NCBI GenBank assembly: GCA_041389045.1
Contig: JAWKSQ010000002.1
Location: 151,898-215,897, forward strand
Reading direction: 5' to 3'
Length of the DNA stretch: 64,000 nucleotides
Origin: Minisyncoccota bacterium
Lineage (GTDB): Bacteria > Patescibacteriota > Minisyncoccia > Phycocordibacterales > UBA918
The notes below the pieces were generated by a model, which ran no database searches, was not told the DNA's origin, and saw only the letters and a program-made list of their open reading frames with translations. The position numbers were made by a program, and so were the translations under genes. Shown here piece by piece: positions 1 through 10,508 of this stretch (position 1 is the stretch's first letter; each line of letters begins with the position of its first letter).

Positions 1-421
1 AAACCTCGTCTGGAGTTGAACCACTTCCAACTAACCTAATTTCATCAATACCAAACCGACCATCTATCTTAGATTGTTTGCCATATTGTTCACCACTATC
101 AAAGAAATTATTGTTATTACCATCCCGAAAAACAATATAGTTATTTGGTGTATCTGTATTGAAGTAGAATCCATACACATTTCTAAAACCAGCATCTGTA
201 CGCTCAGCGCTAACAGCTAGTAACTGGATTTCACGGATGGCGAGAGCTAGTACATAAGCCTGGTCACGCAAAAGTGTTGCTCCATTGAAGGCAGATTGCC
301 TAACCATAACTATTCCCATTACTAGAGCAATGATGCCAATACTAACCATCAGCTCAATCAAACCAAAACCTCTATTGGAGTTATTCTGTATACTTTTAGA
401 GAAAATTGTATTAATAACCAT
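1..421 (-). CDS. type IV pilin/pseudopilin-like protein (3' end runs off the window)
   Basis: My own minus-strand translation from the ATG at 421 gives MVINTIFSKSIQNNSNRGFGLIELMVSIGIIALVMGIV... This is a prepilin leader, a G/FxLIE motif and a hydrophobic helix. It is absent from the ORF track because there is no stop inside the window. It is the last gene of the pilus cluster. Confidence 0.6.
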   Translation of the reverse strand, partial: MVINTIFSKSIQNNSNRGFGLIELMVSIGIIALVMGIVMVRQSAFNGATLLRDQAYVLALAIREIQLLAVSAERTDAGFRNVYGFYFNTDTPNNYIVFRDGNNNNFFDSGEQYGKQSKIDGRFGIDEIRLVGSGSTPDEV

Positions 422-1243
422 ACGACAACATACTTATGACACTGAGACCAAAGAGAGCTACCGCTAGGCAACCAAGAATAAGAAAAGGGGCAAACGGTAC
501 GGCACTTTTCATTGTAAGTCTTTGTGGCAAGAAACGTAAGTGTGATTGTCCCCTGCGCTTCAGATGTTCGTAAGCCACTAAACCAAGGCCGATAATAGCC
601 CCAATCCAAAACGACAAGACCAACATGGAGAAAACTCCTTGATAACCAACAACCAATCCGAGAGGTACAGCTAATTTACATCACCAAACCCCACCCATCT
701 GCCATCTGAAATTTTCCAAAGAATAAATAAAAACCCAGAACCTATCAGGGCCACTATAAGGTTTAAACATAAATGTCATTGATTGCTCAGATATAAATAG
801 TTGCTGGCCCTGCAGTATTAGTGATAACACTAAAGTAGCTAATACCAACTCGTCTGGGATAATCATGTGATAAAGGTCATACACCGCAATCACTACTAAA
901 ACAGAGACTAAAGCAAACATAAGTGTGACCATAAAAATGGTATCGAAGTTCATTAAAACCAACACAAACATCAAACCAGTCAGTAGCTCCACTAAAAAAT
1001 ACCTAACCGGTATATGCGAAGAGCAGGTACGACAACGCCCACGCAAAAATAAAAAAGAATAAAGGGTATTAACTCATAAGGTCGCAAAGTCGTCCCACAA
1101 GACAAACAGTGTGATTGTCCTGACAGTGACTTACCAGTATGAAAGCGGTATAAATAAACATTAAGAAAACTCCCGATAATAACGCCGAAAATAAAAGTGA
1201 AGCTGAGTAGCCAAACTGGACTTAAACTGGAGAAAATTTCCAT
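411..1243 (-). pseudogene. pilD: prepilin peptidase (A24 family) split over three reading frames, either a frameshift or an assembly error
   Basis: ORFs 992-1243, 681-1046 and 411-656 read together as one PilD. The N-terminus has CLSCGTTLRPYELIP, followed by RGRCRTCSSHIPVRYFLVELLTG and DLYHMIIPDE, then C-terminal TM helices. The frame switches fall in T/A runs near 1050-1075 and near 660-690. Confidence 0.75.
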
Positions 1244-1293
1244 GCTGTAAGTATAGCACTAGCTAGCAAATTAAATTGATTACCCTATCTGGA

Positions 1294-1725
1294 TTAAGGA
1301 CAGGTAAATTCTACTGGAGAGGATGATAGTTGGGTTGAAGTAGCGTGAGACTTACCTGTACTATCAACACACCAATACTCACTAAAAGGTAGGTCGATCG
1401 AAACTGCAAAAGCATCAGTACTTGAATTACACACAACTGTAGATGAAGCAAACTTCTCAATAGAACTAATAAGCCTTAAAATCTGCGAAGAAGTAGCAAA
1501 ACCATTGGTACCGCAAACTACATCATAAGTGAGTTCCTTAGACTCAATCACTGCCGCAGCTTTACGTAAAGCATCCATCTCTGTAGTTATTTTTGCTTCA
1601 ACACTAAGTTCTCTAGCTCCTCCTAACTGATTAAGGATTACAGAAGCTAAAATACCGATGATAGCGATTACAACGAGGAGTTCGATAAGTGTGAAGCCTT
1701 TATTCATACTTATTATAATATTCAC
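1294..1725 (-). CDS. type IV pilin-like protein
   Basis: The N-terminus [22 protein letters not shown] is a class III signal / N-methylation motif. There are C-terminal Cys residues. Confidence 0.8.
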   Translation of the reverse strand: MNIIISMNKGFTLIELLVVIAIIGILASVILNQLGGARELSVEAKITTEMDALRKAAAVIESKELTYDVVCGTNGFATSSQILRLISSIEKFASSTVVCNSSTDAFAVSIDLPFSEYWCVDSTGKSHATSTQLSSSPVEFTCP

Positions 1726-1740
1726 ACTTTAGACAAAACA

Positions 1741-1763
1741 AAAAATGCCCACTGGGCATTTTT
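1741..1763. terminator. hairpin terminator between the two pilin genes
   Basis: aaaaatgccc-act-gggcattttt is a perfect 10-bp stem with A/T runs on both sides. Confidence 0.6.
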
Positions 1764-1786
1764 TTGTTTTGTCATAAATGATATGA

Positions 1787-2272
1787 CTAGTTAGGACACT
1801 GGAAGTCACCAGCAGCCACAGCTCCAACAGCGGTAGTTGTAGCACGACCAGCTGAGTCAACACAGAACGAACGTGTCGCATTGGCCTGTCCTGAAACTAA
1901 ACTTAACGGGGCAATAGCTACCCATCTTGTGGCATCATTCTTACAAGTTACAGTAGAAGCACTACTTACTGAGTTAGCTGCAGTTTGAATAGAAGTAGCA
2001 GGACTGTTTTGAGTGATTGCATTAAGTAACTGAGTGATCTTTTGATCAGCACAAAGGTTAGTGTAGGTATAAGGGTTTGCAGCATTAGAATTGTAAAACA
2101 GCTCAGCTTGTGAACGAAGTGAAGTCATACTCTGCTTCAATGAAGCATCTTGTCCACCACTACGTGCATCATTTAGAGATGAAAGTACTACAGCTGCCAA
2201 AATACCAATAATAGCGATTACAACGAGGAGTTCGATAAGTGTGAAACCTCGTGTCAATAATGATTTATTCAT
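1787..2272 (-). CDS. type IV pilin (candidate major pilin)
   Basis: The N-terminus [22 protein letters not shown] is a prepilin motif. There is a C-terminal Cys pair. It is the first pilin gene downstream of pilC. Confidence 0.8.
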   Translation of the reverse strand: MNKSLLTRGFTLIELLVVIAIIGILAAVVLSSLNDARSGGQDASLKQSMTSLRSQAELFYNSNAANPYTYTNLCADQKITQLLNAITQNSPATSIQTAANSVSSASTVTCKNDATRWVAIAPLSLVSGQANATRSFCVDSAGRATTTAVGAVAAGDFQCPN

Positions 2273-2428
2273 AGGATATATAATTTTATTAATACTCTGA
2301 TTACTGAGTTTATTTCAGATATCAGCTGTGTACCTGAAATCCATTCAGCAATGTCCACGTTGTACGCGGCTACTATTATTATACGTCGTTAGTTTTGCTA
2401 CAGAATTGCTACTGTGGACAACTAGAGC

Positions 2429-3644
2429 TTAAAATGAATTGGTGAGATTATAGATAGGCATCAGCACAGAGGCTAACAGCACGCCTACTCCAAGGCCGAG
2501 CATGACAATCATTGCTGGTTCAATCAGACCAATTAAGGTATCAACGGCATTATTTACCTCACGACGATAGAAGTTAGCCAGGGTATTTAAAATTTCAGCC
2601 AAACTTCCTGTCTCTTCACCTACTCGAACCATTTGTGACAACACCCCAGGAATCTCTGGATATTCAGAGATTGCATCAGCAAAAGACTTTCCCCCACGTA
2701 CTTCAAGTAAGGCTGACTCAACAATCTCTCGATAAACGGTGTTATCTACCACGTCTGCCGTCACCTCAAGTGCTTGTACCATCGAAATACCGCTACTAAG
2801 CATCGTAGATAGGTTGTCACAAATACGGGTTAATAGAAGTTTTTTGTAAATCACCGATATAAGGGACAGAAATAATAAACTCATCAAAGGCTCTTTGTCC
2901 GACATCAGTTTTCTTAAAGCGCCAGAGTGCATATCCGCCGGCCGCGATACCAATCATCAACACACCAGCGTAATTAACCAAAAAATCAGATATAGCAATT
3001 ACTATTTTAGTATAAATTGGTAACTCTTGACCAGAGTCAGTCAAAATTTTAGCAATCTTAGGAATAACTAACGTAAGCATCAGCGCCATTACGCCAATGA
3101 AGATACTTATCACAAAGGCTGGATAAATCAGTGCACTTTTAGCCTTAGAGACAATCTCATACGATCGGTCCAAATAATCTGCCAAATAAGAAAAAGACTT
3201 CTCGAGTGAACCAGACTCTTCACCAGCACGCACGAGGTTTACATAAAAAGATGAAAAGGCGTCCGGATGACTAGCTAGTGCTCTGGAGATAGAGCTACCG
3301 CCCTGCAGATCTTCCACCACTTCATTCATGATTTTTTGTAGGCGTTCATTCTCAAGTTCAGCTGACAGTAATCTAAAAATACGCAGTGGTGAAACTCTGG
3401 CTTGAAACAGAGTAGATATCTGTCTCGATAGAATGACGATGTCTTTATTGGAGATTGAATTAAAAAGTGCAAATTCAATATTTAAAATACCATTAAGACC
3501 ACCTCCTTCTTCGATTGGGTCAATCGAAACCAGGGTGTAGCCACGTTTCTGTACGGCAGTAATAGCCGAGTCTACTGTCACGGCCTCAACAGTCCCTTCT
3601 TTTTGTGCATTCTCTTTGTCTAAAGCAACATATTTAAATAGCAT
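2429..3644 (-). pseudogene. pilC: type IV pilus platform protein PilC/GspF split into two ORFs
   Basis: ORFs 2817-3644 and 2429-2953 are the N- and C-halves of a GspF-family protein. Removing one base from the T6 run at 2840-2845 (A6 on the coding strand) joins ...IGDLQK to LLLTRICDNLSTMLSSGISM. Confidence 0.8.
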
Positions 3645-3654
3645 ATGATAGGAA

Positions 3655-4722
3655 TTAGATGAGACGTTCTAGACCTTTAGGGTTGGTAGAAAAGGTAAAA
3701 GCATTCTCAACGGTAATGTCACCATTTTGAACCAACTTAGCCAAAGAACGATTCATATCAATCATGCCATGTTCAAGACCAGTCTCAATAACCGAAGCAA
3801 TTTCATGAATACGATTTTCACGAATCAAATTACTGACAGCGGTGTTGTTGATTAGCAGTTCATAAGCTGGTACTAGTCCGCCATTGATATGAGGTACCAA
3901 ACGCTGTGAAAATATAGCAATGAGAGAACTAGATAACTGAACTCGAATTTGACTCTGTTGATCACCAGGGAAACTATCGATAATACGACTAATGGTTTGG
4001 GCTGCGTCATTAGTGTGTAAAGTCGAATAAACTAAGTGTCCCGTCTCAGCAGCTGTGACGGCGGTAGCGATAGTCTCCATATTACGCATCTCACCAACCA
4101 AGATTACGTCGACGTCCTGTCTAAAGGCAGCATTAAGTGCTGACTGAAAACTAACAGTATCAAGCCCAACTTCACGCTGGTCGATCAGTGACTTTTCTTC
4201 TTTATAAACGTACTCAATCGGATCTTCAATAGTCACAATATGTTCGGATCTCGTTTGGTTAATCTTATTAACCATCGCCGCTAAAGTAGTAGACTTACCT
4301 TGACCAACTGGCCCTACACACAGAAAGAAACCTTGCGGTCTTTGGGTAAAAGTTTCTAGAATTGGTGGCAGGTTTAATTCTTCAAAAGTTCTAATCACGT
4401 TGGGAATTAATCGAAAAGCAATCGCTTTCTTACCACGCTGAAAAAAGGCGTTACCACGAAAACGTACCTGATCTTCGTTTTCATAAGAGAAGTCTACTTC
4501 CTCTCGCTTCTCCAAGCGCTCGAACTGATCTTTACGCATTACTACCTGAGCAAAGCCGGTGATATCGCCATCAGTCAAAATTGGTTTCTTTAAGAGTGGC
4601 ATCAATTTACCAGAGATTCTAATTAGTGGATGACTACCAACAGAAAAATGAATATCTGACGCCTTTTCAGCAATCAAAATGTCAATTAAAGCTTTTAGTT
4701 CTAATTTATAATTAACAGCCAT
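3655..4722 (-). CDS. pilT: twitching-motility retraction ATPase PilT
   Basis: 355 aa with Walker A GPVGQGKSTT, GEMRNMET and the HLVYSTLHTNDA motif typical of the PilT family. Confidence 0.9.
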   Translation of the reverse strand: MAVNYKLELKALIDILIAEKASDIHFSVGSHPLIRISGKLMPLLKKPILTDGDITGFAQVVMRKDQFERLEKREEVDFSYENEDQVRFRGNAFFQRGKKAIAFRLIPNVIRTFEELNLPPILETFTQRPQGFFLCVGPVGQGKSTTLAAMVNKINQTRSEHIVTIEDPIEYVYKEEKSLIDQREVGLDTVSFQSALNAAFRQDVDVILVGEMRNMETIATAVTAAETGHLVYSTLHTNDAAQTISRIIDSFPGDQQSQIRVQLSSSLIAIFSQRLVPHINGGLVPAYELLINNTAVSNLIRENRIHEIASVIETGLEHGMIDMNRSLAKLVQNGDITVENAFTFSTNPKGLERLI

Positions 4723-4724
4723 AG

Positions 4725-5108
4725 TTAACTTTTCTTAACATAGTCATTAACAATCTTCTCGACATTCTGGACTACTTCACTCGGAATGGAGTGGGCTTTG
4801 ATAATATAACCAATCGCACCAGCCTGTGTTGCTTCTTCAATATCTTCATCTTGACCCTGGTTAGAAAGAAAGATGGAGTATTTCAACTGACTATCGAATC
4901 GGTCTTTGATAATTTTTAGTAACTCCACTCCAGAAGTACCGGGCATCACCATGTCTAAAATAAGTAAATCAAAAGTAGAACCATTTTGAAATTTAGAAAT
5001 AGTTGAGGCACTACTATCTGCCACTTCGACAGTGTGTCCGCAACTAATAAACTTAGACGCGTACATGTCTCGCAAAAAATCGTCGTCATCAACTAAGAGT
5101 ATCTTCAT
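4725..5108 (-). CDS. stand-alone response-regulator receiver (CheY-like)
   Basis: MKILLVDDDDF...LLILDMVMPG...K is a receiver domain with no output domain. It sits between pilB and pilT. Confidence 0.85.
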   Translation of the reverse strand: MKILLVDDDDFLRDMYASKFISCGHTVEVADSSASTISKFQNGSTFDLLILDMVMPGTSGVELLKIIKDRFDSQLKYSIFLSNQGQDEDIEEATQAGAIGYIIKAHSIPSEVVQNVEKIVNDYVKKS

Positions 5109-6918
5109 CAGTTATGATTATATCCTTTTTAGGAACTATATTCTCGGGGTTATCGACAGTATCTGGTTCAGAGAGTTCATTTTCCAAACCTATCTTAGTA
5201 CCAAAAGCGTTCATTTCTTCATAAGGTATCACGTGCTCGAGTGCCTTGATGATGGCATCTTCCTTCATTGGCATAAAACCATTTCGTCTAGCGACTTGGT
5301 AGATCTGATCCTCTGAAGCGTTATGGAGAATAAGATCTTGTATCTCGTCAGTTACTTCAAGTGCCTCCATCACAGCTACGCGACCCTTAAGACCAGTAGC
5401 ACAACCTGGGGTTGGTTCAGGGTTAACCATGGTTTTATTTTTAGGAATTCTGTTATGAAAACGTTCCGGTAGAGTTTTAAAGTTTTCTTCCATCATCATT
5501 TGAGTACTCTTACTCGCCTCATGCACAATACCCGTACCATCATTAATTCTTCTCGCTAGACGCTGGGCAATGGCAAGCTTGAGAGTCGGCGCAATCAAGT
5601 AAGGATCGACCCCCATATCAATTAAACGCGGAATCACACCGATGGAATTATTGGTGTGAATAGTAGACAACACCAAGTGACCAGTCAGAGCCGCCTGAAT
5701 GGCTAGCTGGGCTGTTTCCTTATCGCGGATCTCTCCCACCATAATAATGTCTGGGTCTTGACGAAGAGCAGCTCTAAGACCATGAGCAAACGTGTAACCA
5801 ATCTCTGGTCTAACTTGGGACTGACTTACTCCTTCAATATTATATTCAACTGGGTCTTCCAAAGAGAGTACATTCTTAGTCAATTTGTCGACCTCCGCCA
5901 ACATCGCGTATAGCGTAGTAGACTTTCCTGAACCAGTCGGACCAGAAATGAGAATAATCCCGTAAGGTTCCTTAATCGCCTTCCTGACTACCTGAAGTAA
6001 GTGTGGGGAAATTCCAGCATCCTCAAGCGAACGAACGCCGTGCTCATTATCTAAAATACGCATTACCACCTTCTCCCCATGATTAGTGGGTAAAACTGAC
6101 ACACGGAAATCAATCTTACGCCCATCAAAAATAGCTGAAAAACGTCCATCTTGTGGTTTACGCTTCTCATCTAAACGCATCGAGGAAAGAATCTTAACTC
6201 TCGCCACTACCGCTTGGTGCACATTCTGTGGCAACTCAAGAGAAGTTGCTAGCTCACCATCAACGCGAAAACGCACTACAATCTTGGTCTCACTAGGTTC
6301 AATGTGAATATCAGAAGCCCCACCATCTACCGCATAGCGTAGCGTCGTGGCAACAATCTTTGTCACCGGGGCATCTTCCTCAATATGTTCAATTTCTTTT
6401 TTTTGTAAAGCCTCACTTTCATCTGAACCAGCTGCTATCTCAGCATCGAGTTCGCTCTTTAGACTCACCAATGCTTCAGTAACATCTCCTTTGAGATTTT
6501 CGTAAAAATGCTGGGCTCGCGTGATGTCAGCATCAAGCATAAACACTAGCTTGTAGGTTATGTCTAGTTTACTAGTGATAAAGTTCAACACTTCCCTCAC
6601 CTGTAAATTCTCTGGATCATTGGCTCCCACATAAAGTAGACCGTCTTCAACCTTTAGTGGCACTATCCGATAATGAATAGCTGACTCTTCTTGAATATAC
6701 GACAAAACTTCCTCAGGAATATTAAAACCTTCTGGAATAATAAAAGCCGGCACTTCGTAATATTCGGCAAAAAGGTTACGGACCACTTCGCTAGAGATCC
6801 CCATTTCTATCAAAACAGCCTCTAGCGATTTTCCTGTCTCTTCTATAGTCTCGTTTACTTTCTGCGCAAAATCTTCAGTGACATGACCATTACTTATCAA
6901 CTTATCCAATGGATTCAT
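5089..6918 (-). CDS. pilB: type IV pilus assembly ATPase PilB/GspE
   Basis: 609 aa with Walker A GPTGSGKSTT, GEIRDKETA and HLVLSTIHTN, plus an N-terminal GspE_N-like region. It overlaps the receiver gene by 20 nt. Confidence 0.9.
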   Translation of the reverse strand: MNPLDKLISNGHVTEDFAQKVNETIEETGKSLEAVLIEMGISSEVVRNLFAEYYEVPAFIIPEGFNIPEEVLSYIQEESAIHYRIVPLKVEDGLLYVGANDPENLQVREVLNFITSKLDITYKLVFMLDADITRAQHFYENLKGDVTEALVSLKSELDAEIAAGSDESEALQKKEIEHIEEDAPVTKIVATTLRYAVDGGASDIHIEPSETKIVVRFRVDGELATSLELPQNVHQAVVARVKILSSMRLDEKRKPQDGRFSAIFDGRKIDFRVSVLPTNHGEKVVMRILDNEHGVRSLEDAGISPHLLQVVRKAIKEPYGIILISGPTGSGKSTTLYAMLAEVDKLTKNVLSLEDPVEYNIEGVSQSQVRPEIGYTFAHGLRAALRQDPDIIMVGEIRDKETAQLAIQAALTGHLVLSTIHTNNSIGVIPRLIDMGVDPYLIAPTLKLAIAQRLARRINDGTGIVHEASKSTQMMMEENFKTLPERFHNRIPKNKTMVNPEPTPGCATGLKGRVAVMEALEVTDEIQDLILHNASEDQIYQVARRNGFMPMKEDAIIKALEHVIPYEEMNAFGTKIGLENELSEPDTVDNPENIVPKKDIIITDEDTLS

Positions 6919-6924
6919 AGATAA

Positions 6925-7254
6925 TTAAAACGTATTAGTAGATCGATTGACTTGCGCTGGATTGATTTTATCAAATGGATTCTCTCGTCCAATCGGTTGC
7001 TCAACTATCGGTGTCGTATAGCTGACTAAGCTCCTAAATCGATTATCACTTAAGATACCTAGATCCAGCTTTACCTTATCTAGAACTGTCCGACGTTCAA
7101 CATACTTTTGCACGTTAGTGAACAACTCCTGACTGACATCAGCTCCACTGATTGATAATTCTGTTTGATCTTTTTGAATAAACAGATAATACCCAATGAA
7201 GGCAAAGGTTAGGAGAAGTAATACGATCGCTATGTTTTTGACGGTAGAATCCAT
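6925..7254 (-). CDS. membrane-anchored hypothetical protein of the pilus operon
   Basis: 109 aa with a single N-terminal TM helix. It is tightly packed between the pilO-like gene and pilB. Confidence 0.4.
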   Translation of the reverse strand: MDSTVKNIAIVLLLLTFAFIGYYLFIQKDQTELSISGADVSQELFTNVQKYVERRTVLDKVKLDLGILSDNRFRSLVSYTTPIVEQPIGRENPFDKINPAQVNRSTNTF

Positions 7255-7259
7255 AATGA

Positions 7260-7814
7260 TTATTTTACTGAGTACGTATTAATCTTTAACACCACATCCA
7301 TTTGTCCTGAATCTTCCTGAGCAATGCTTGCTTCGGTAATATCCAATGGATAATTATTCTTTTCTAACAGAGACAAGAATTCCTTGAGTGATTCATAGGG
7401 ACTAGTAAAGCTAAGATCAAAAGAGTGTACTTTCGGCAACGGGACCGTGGCATTTGTCGTATCGGTTTGACCCGAAGACCTGGATCCGGTCTTTGAATAC
7501 TTTAGATTAGTCACCAACAGCCTGGCCTGACCACTAATAATAGACAAGTCTCGTAACACCTTAACCTCATCAAGTTCATCAGGGATATAAGTAGCTAGAG
7601 CCAAACGGTCGGTTTGTGGAATTTCGTTTACACTACTATAAAGCAAGTTGAGGCGTTGATTGACAGCATTTACTTTAGCTAATTCTTCCTTGGTTTGCGT
7701 TATTTCATCTTGACGATTTTTGATTTCAGTAAAAGTAGGTTGGATATAAGTAACAATAATACCAATCGCTAGGCCTGCAATACCAACTTGAGTTAAGAGT
7801 GAATTACCGATCAT
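7260..7814 (-). CDS. PilO-like pilus assembly protein
   Basis: 184 aa with an N-terminal TM helix and a coiled coil. Its position after the pilN-like gene and the 4-nt overlap are typical of pilMNO. Confidence 0.5.
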   Translation of the reverse strand: MIGNSLLTQVGIAGLAIGIIVTYIQPTFTEIKNRQDEITQTKEELAKVNAVNQRLNLLYSSVNEIPQTDRLALATYIPDELDEVKVLRDLSIISGQARLLVTNLKYSKTGSRSSGQTDTTNATVPLPKVHSFDLSFTSPYESLKEFLSLLEKNNYPLDITEASIAQEDSGQMDVVLKINTYSVK

Positions 7815-8563
7815 ATATTATTCTGATTAGCTTCCGGCTCAGTTACTTCTGTAGACGCTTCCTCACTTGCGACTGGCTCACTGTTTACTGGTGCGACCGG
7901 AATTAAAATTTCGTCTGATTCATCTGATTGAGCTGTGGTCAAGGCAGGTACAGAGGTCGGATCCAAATCTACTAACATAGAGAAAGATACTTCTTTCGAT
8001 CCACTACTCCTAACGATAGCGCCTGGTGTACCGCTGGGTTGACTAGCAATACTTATACTCACATCTTCTAACTCGACAGATTTCAGTGTTTCACTTTGTT
8101 CTAATATAGACCTCTGAAATAAAACCGAATCAAAGGAGTCAGTTAGGATTTTTGCCTCTAAGGCCAACTCTAGATCGGATTCTCTAGAGATATCTAAATT
8201 TTCAATTCTCGTGGTAGCGATAGTAGATACCTCAATTGCCTTTAAGATTGAAGCTACTGATATACCATTATAAAATCTATCGCTAGCTTGAGCGAGTTTT
8301 TTGTCCATTGCCAAAACTGTCTGAAGCTTTTCTTCATCTGCCTCAAAGGATTTGGTAGCGTCTCTAAACGAACCTATCTCTACGGCTAACTCCTGACTTA
8401 ATTTTCTTTCATAGAAAAAAACTCCAGCTGTAGCAATCATGACGGAAAAGAAAAGTACCCGGACAAGTATGGTACCGAGAAAGAGTTGTCGAGGTATCTT
8501 ACTCTTTTCAGTTTTACCTGTCGTGTGTTTTGGAATGAACGAAGTATCTCTTGAGCCTGGCAT
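7811..8563 (-). CDS. PilN-like pilus assembly protein with an acidic C-terminal tail
   Basis: 250 aa with a basic N-terminus, one TM helix and a periplasmic domain. It lies directly downstream of pilM. Confidence 0.5.
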   Translation of the reverse strand: MPGSRDTSFIPKHTTGKTEKSKIPRQLFLGTILVRVLFFSVMIATAGVFFYERKLSQELAVEIGSFRDATKSFEADEEKLQTVLAMDKKLAQASDRFYNGISVASILKAIEVSTIATTRIENLDISRESDLELALEAKILTDSFDSVLFQRSILEQSETLKSVELEDVSISIASQPSGTPGAIVRSSGSKEVSFSMLVDLDPTSVPALTTAQSDESDEILIPVAPVNSEPVASEEASTEVTEPEANQNNI

Positions 8564-8617
8564 ACTTTAATTATACGCGCTTTGTCTAGACAAAGCGCGT
8601 ATATACTGTGGAATAAA

Positions 8618-9694
8618 CTATTCAAACGAACGGAGTGCGGCACCAAGAGCAACGTGGAAAGTGGGACCAAGTTCAGACATCATATCTTCCATGAAAGCCG
8701 GGTAGGCTACTTTATTGAAAGGATTCAAAAACCTCACTTCGTAACGAAGTGTATCTGCTAGATACTGCTTGGTAGTCGGAAAGAGTGATGCACTACCAGC
8801 CAAATAAACCGCATCTAATTTTGCGCCCGAAGTTTCTTCATATTCTTTAATGACTTGTCTGAACTCCTGGATTGGCCTTTCGTAACAACTATGATGAGCT
8901 CTTTGTACATCACTAAACTGACCGTCCTCCTTTGTTATAGTTCGTTTCAAAACTTCAGCTTCATCGAATGGTATGTCCAGTGTGCTGGCAATACGCTTGG
9001 TTGCAATAGCGCCCCCTGCCCTGACTCGATGCATTCTTTGTAGCAAACCTTCTTTAGATAAGTAGAGCTTAGCTGACACAGCTCCAATATCTATCACTGC
9101 CACGTGCTTTTCTTCATTATTAAAAGCGCCACGAATCGCACTAAAACACTCAATCTCGGTTGGCGGCTGTTTCAAATTAACAAATTGCATCAAAATTTTA
9201 AAACGATTCAATGCCTCATTTTGAATCGCTGCAATCAAGATATCGCGCTGTTTATTTTTTCTATCCGCTTCAGAACCGATCTCAGCCCAATCTAAAGTCA
9301 CCTCATTAATCGGTACCGGTATATACTTTCGTGCCTCAATTCTCACTCTTGGCGCCAAATCTTCCTTAATCCCTGCCTCTAAGTGAATAGATGTCACAAA
9401 ACTAGAATTAAGTGGCATAGCAAATACTGCCGATGTTGCCTTCACAGCTGATTCACGCAGTATATCGACCAGCGCTTGTTGCTCTTGTTTAGAGTCGAGG
9501 GTAATAGATTGTCCAATCGATTGGTTGCCGTAGGGTCCTAACTGGATCTCTCCATACGTAGTCAAAGTCAAGACTTCATCCTTGCTCTGTAGTTCAACAA
9601 CCTTAATCGAAGAAGAACCTAGGTCAATACCAACCACGCGACCGGTATCACCACCAGCACCGACTGCACTAAAAAGACTAGAAAAATTAAACAT
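8618..9694 (-). CDS. pilM: actin-like pilus assembly ATPase PilM
   Basis: GIDLGSSSIKVVEL is an ASKHA phosphate-1 motif. I prefer the start MFNFSSLF at 9694, because the longer 395-aa ORF would overlap divergent comF. Confidence 0.8.
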   Translation of the reverse strand: MFNFSSLFSAVGAGGDTGRVVGIDLGSSSIKVVELQSKDEVLTLTTYGEIQLGPYGNQSIGQSITLDSKQEQQALVDILRESAVKATSAVFAMPLNSSFVTSIHLEAGIKEDLAPRVRIEARKYIPVPINEVTLDWAEIGSEADRKNKQRDILIAAIQNEALNRFKILMQFVNLKQPPTEIECFSAIRGAFNNEEKHVAVIDIGAVSAKLYLSKEGLLQRMHRVRAGGAIATKRIASTLDIPFDEAEVLKRTITKEDGQFSDVQRAHHSCYERPIQEFRQVIKEYEETSGAKLDAVYLAGSASLFPTTKQYLADTLRYEVRFLNPFNKVAYPAFMEDMMSELGPTFHVALGAALRSFE

Positions 9695-9746
9695 GCTTAT
9701 GTGTAACTCTATTATATTAGCATGTTGATATCGTATACTAGGCGAT

Positions 9747-10355
9747 ATGCTGGATATCTTTTCCAAAGTCGTTGAACTACTAGCACCGACCCAACCGAGT
9801 ATCAAAACAATTAGACATGAAAAGCCCGAACAATTCGTGCGTTTTTTTACACCTCACAAGGTTACCGACACCACAGCTTTGTCTGACTACTCAAACCAGA
9901 TAATCAAATCTGCTATCACTGCCAATAAATTCTACAATTACGAGCAAGCGTCGGTATTACTATCGACACTAATCAAGCATTGGCTTGAGACCATTCCAAC
10001 AAAATCGACAATCTTTGTCCCGGTTCCCCTTTCACCAAAACGTCTACATAGTCGAGGATACAACCAAGTAGCTAGAGTCCTGACTCACATACAAGATCCA
10101 AATATAAAAGTCATACCTCTAATAGCTCGCACTAAAGATACGGTACCGCAAACTGAACTACCGAGAGAACAGCGTTTTTCCAATGTCGCCGACGCTTTTA
10201 CTTACATTCACCATCCTAATATTACAGCTGACGTAAGGATAGTACTTCTAGATGACGTAATCACCACCGGAGCCACGATACATTCTGCTAAACTGGTTCT
10301 ACAAGAAAATTTACCCAAACAAACCGAAATAATTTCTCTAGCGCTGGCTCATTAA
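9747..10355 (+). CDS. comF: ComF-family phosphoribosyltransferase-like protein
   Basis: The C-terminal VLLDDVITTGATIHSA is a PRTase motif. It is divergent from the pilus operon. Confidence 0.75.
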   Translation: MLDIFSKVVELLAPTQPSIKTIRHEKPEQFVRFFTPHKVTDTTALSDYSNQIIKSAITANKFYNYEQASVLLSTLIKHWLETIPTKSTIFVPVPLSPKRLHSRGYNQVARVLTHIQDPNIKVIPLIARTKDTVPQTELPREQRFSNVADAFTYIHHPNITADVRIVLLDDVITTGATIHSAKLVLQENLPKQTEIISLALAH

Positions 10356-10508
10356 ATTTTATTCTATTGCTCGCGAGCATACAAAATGAAGTTAAAACTT
10401 TTTTGATACAAAATTAACCGTTTTGACATAGAAAAAGCCGTCCTCCAGAGGCTTTTCCTGGTTGGACGACTTAGGGCTTCATCTTCCGTGACTCAAGCGG
10501 TCTGGCAT

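Noticed and set aside
285-609. Track ORFs 285-467 (+) and 358-609 (-)
   Set aside because: They overlap the pilin gene (1-421) and the pilD C-terminus in the wrong frame or strand, and have no independent support.
2840-2845. Programmed frameshifting or recoding as the explanation for the split genes
   Set aside because: The breaks occur in unrelated genes at ordinary homopolymers, with no shared slippery-site or stimulator pattern. Essential secY is affected too. Consensus error, plus some real decay, is more parsimonious. Phase variation at pilC cannot be excluded without reads.
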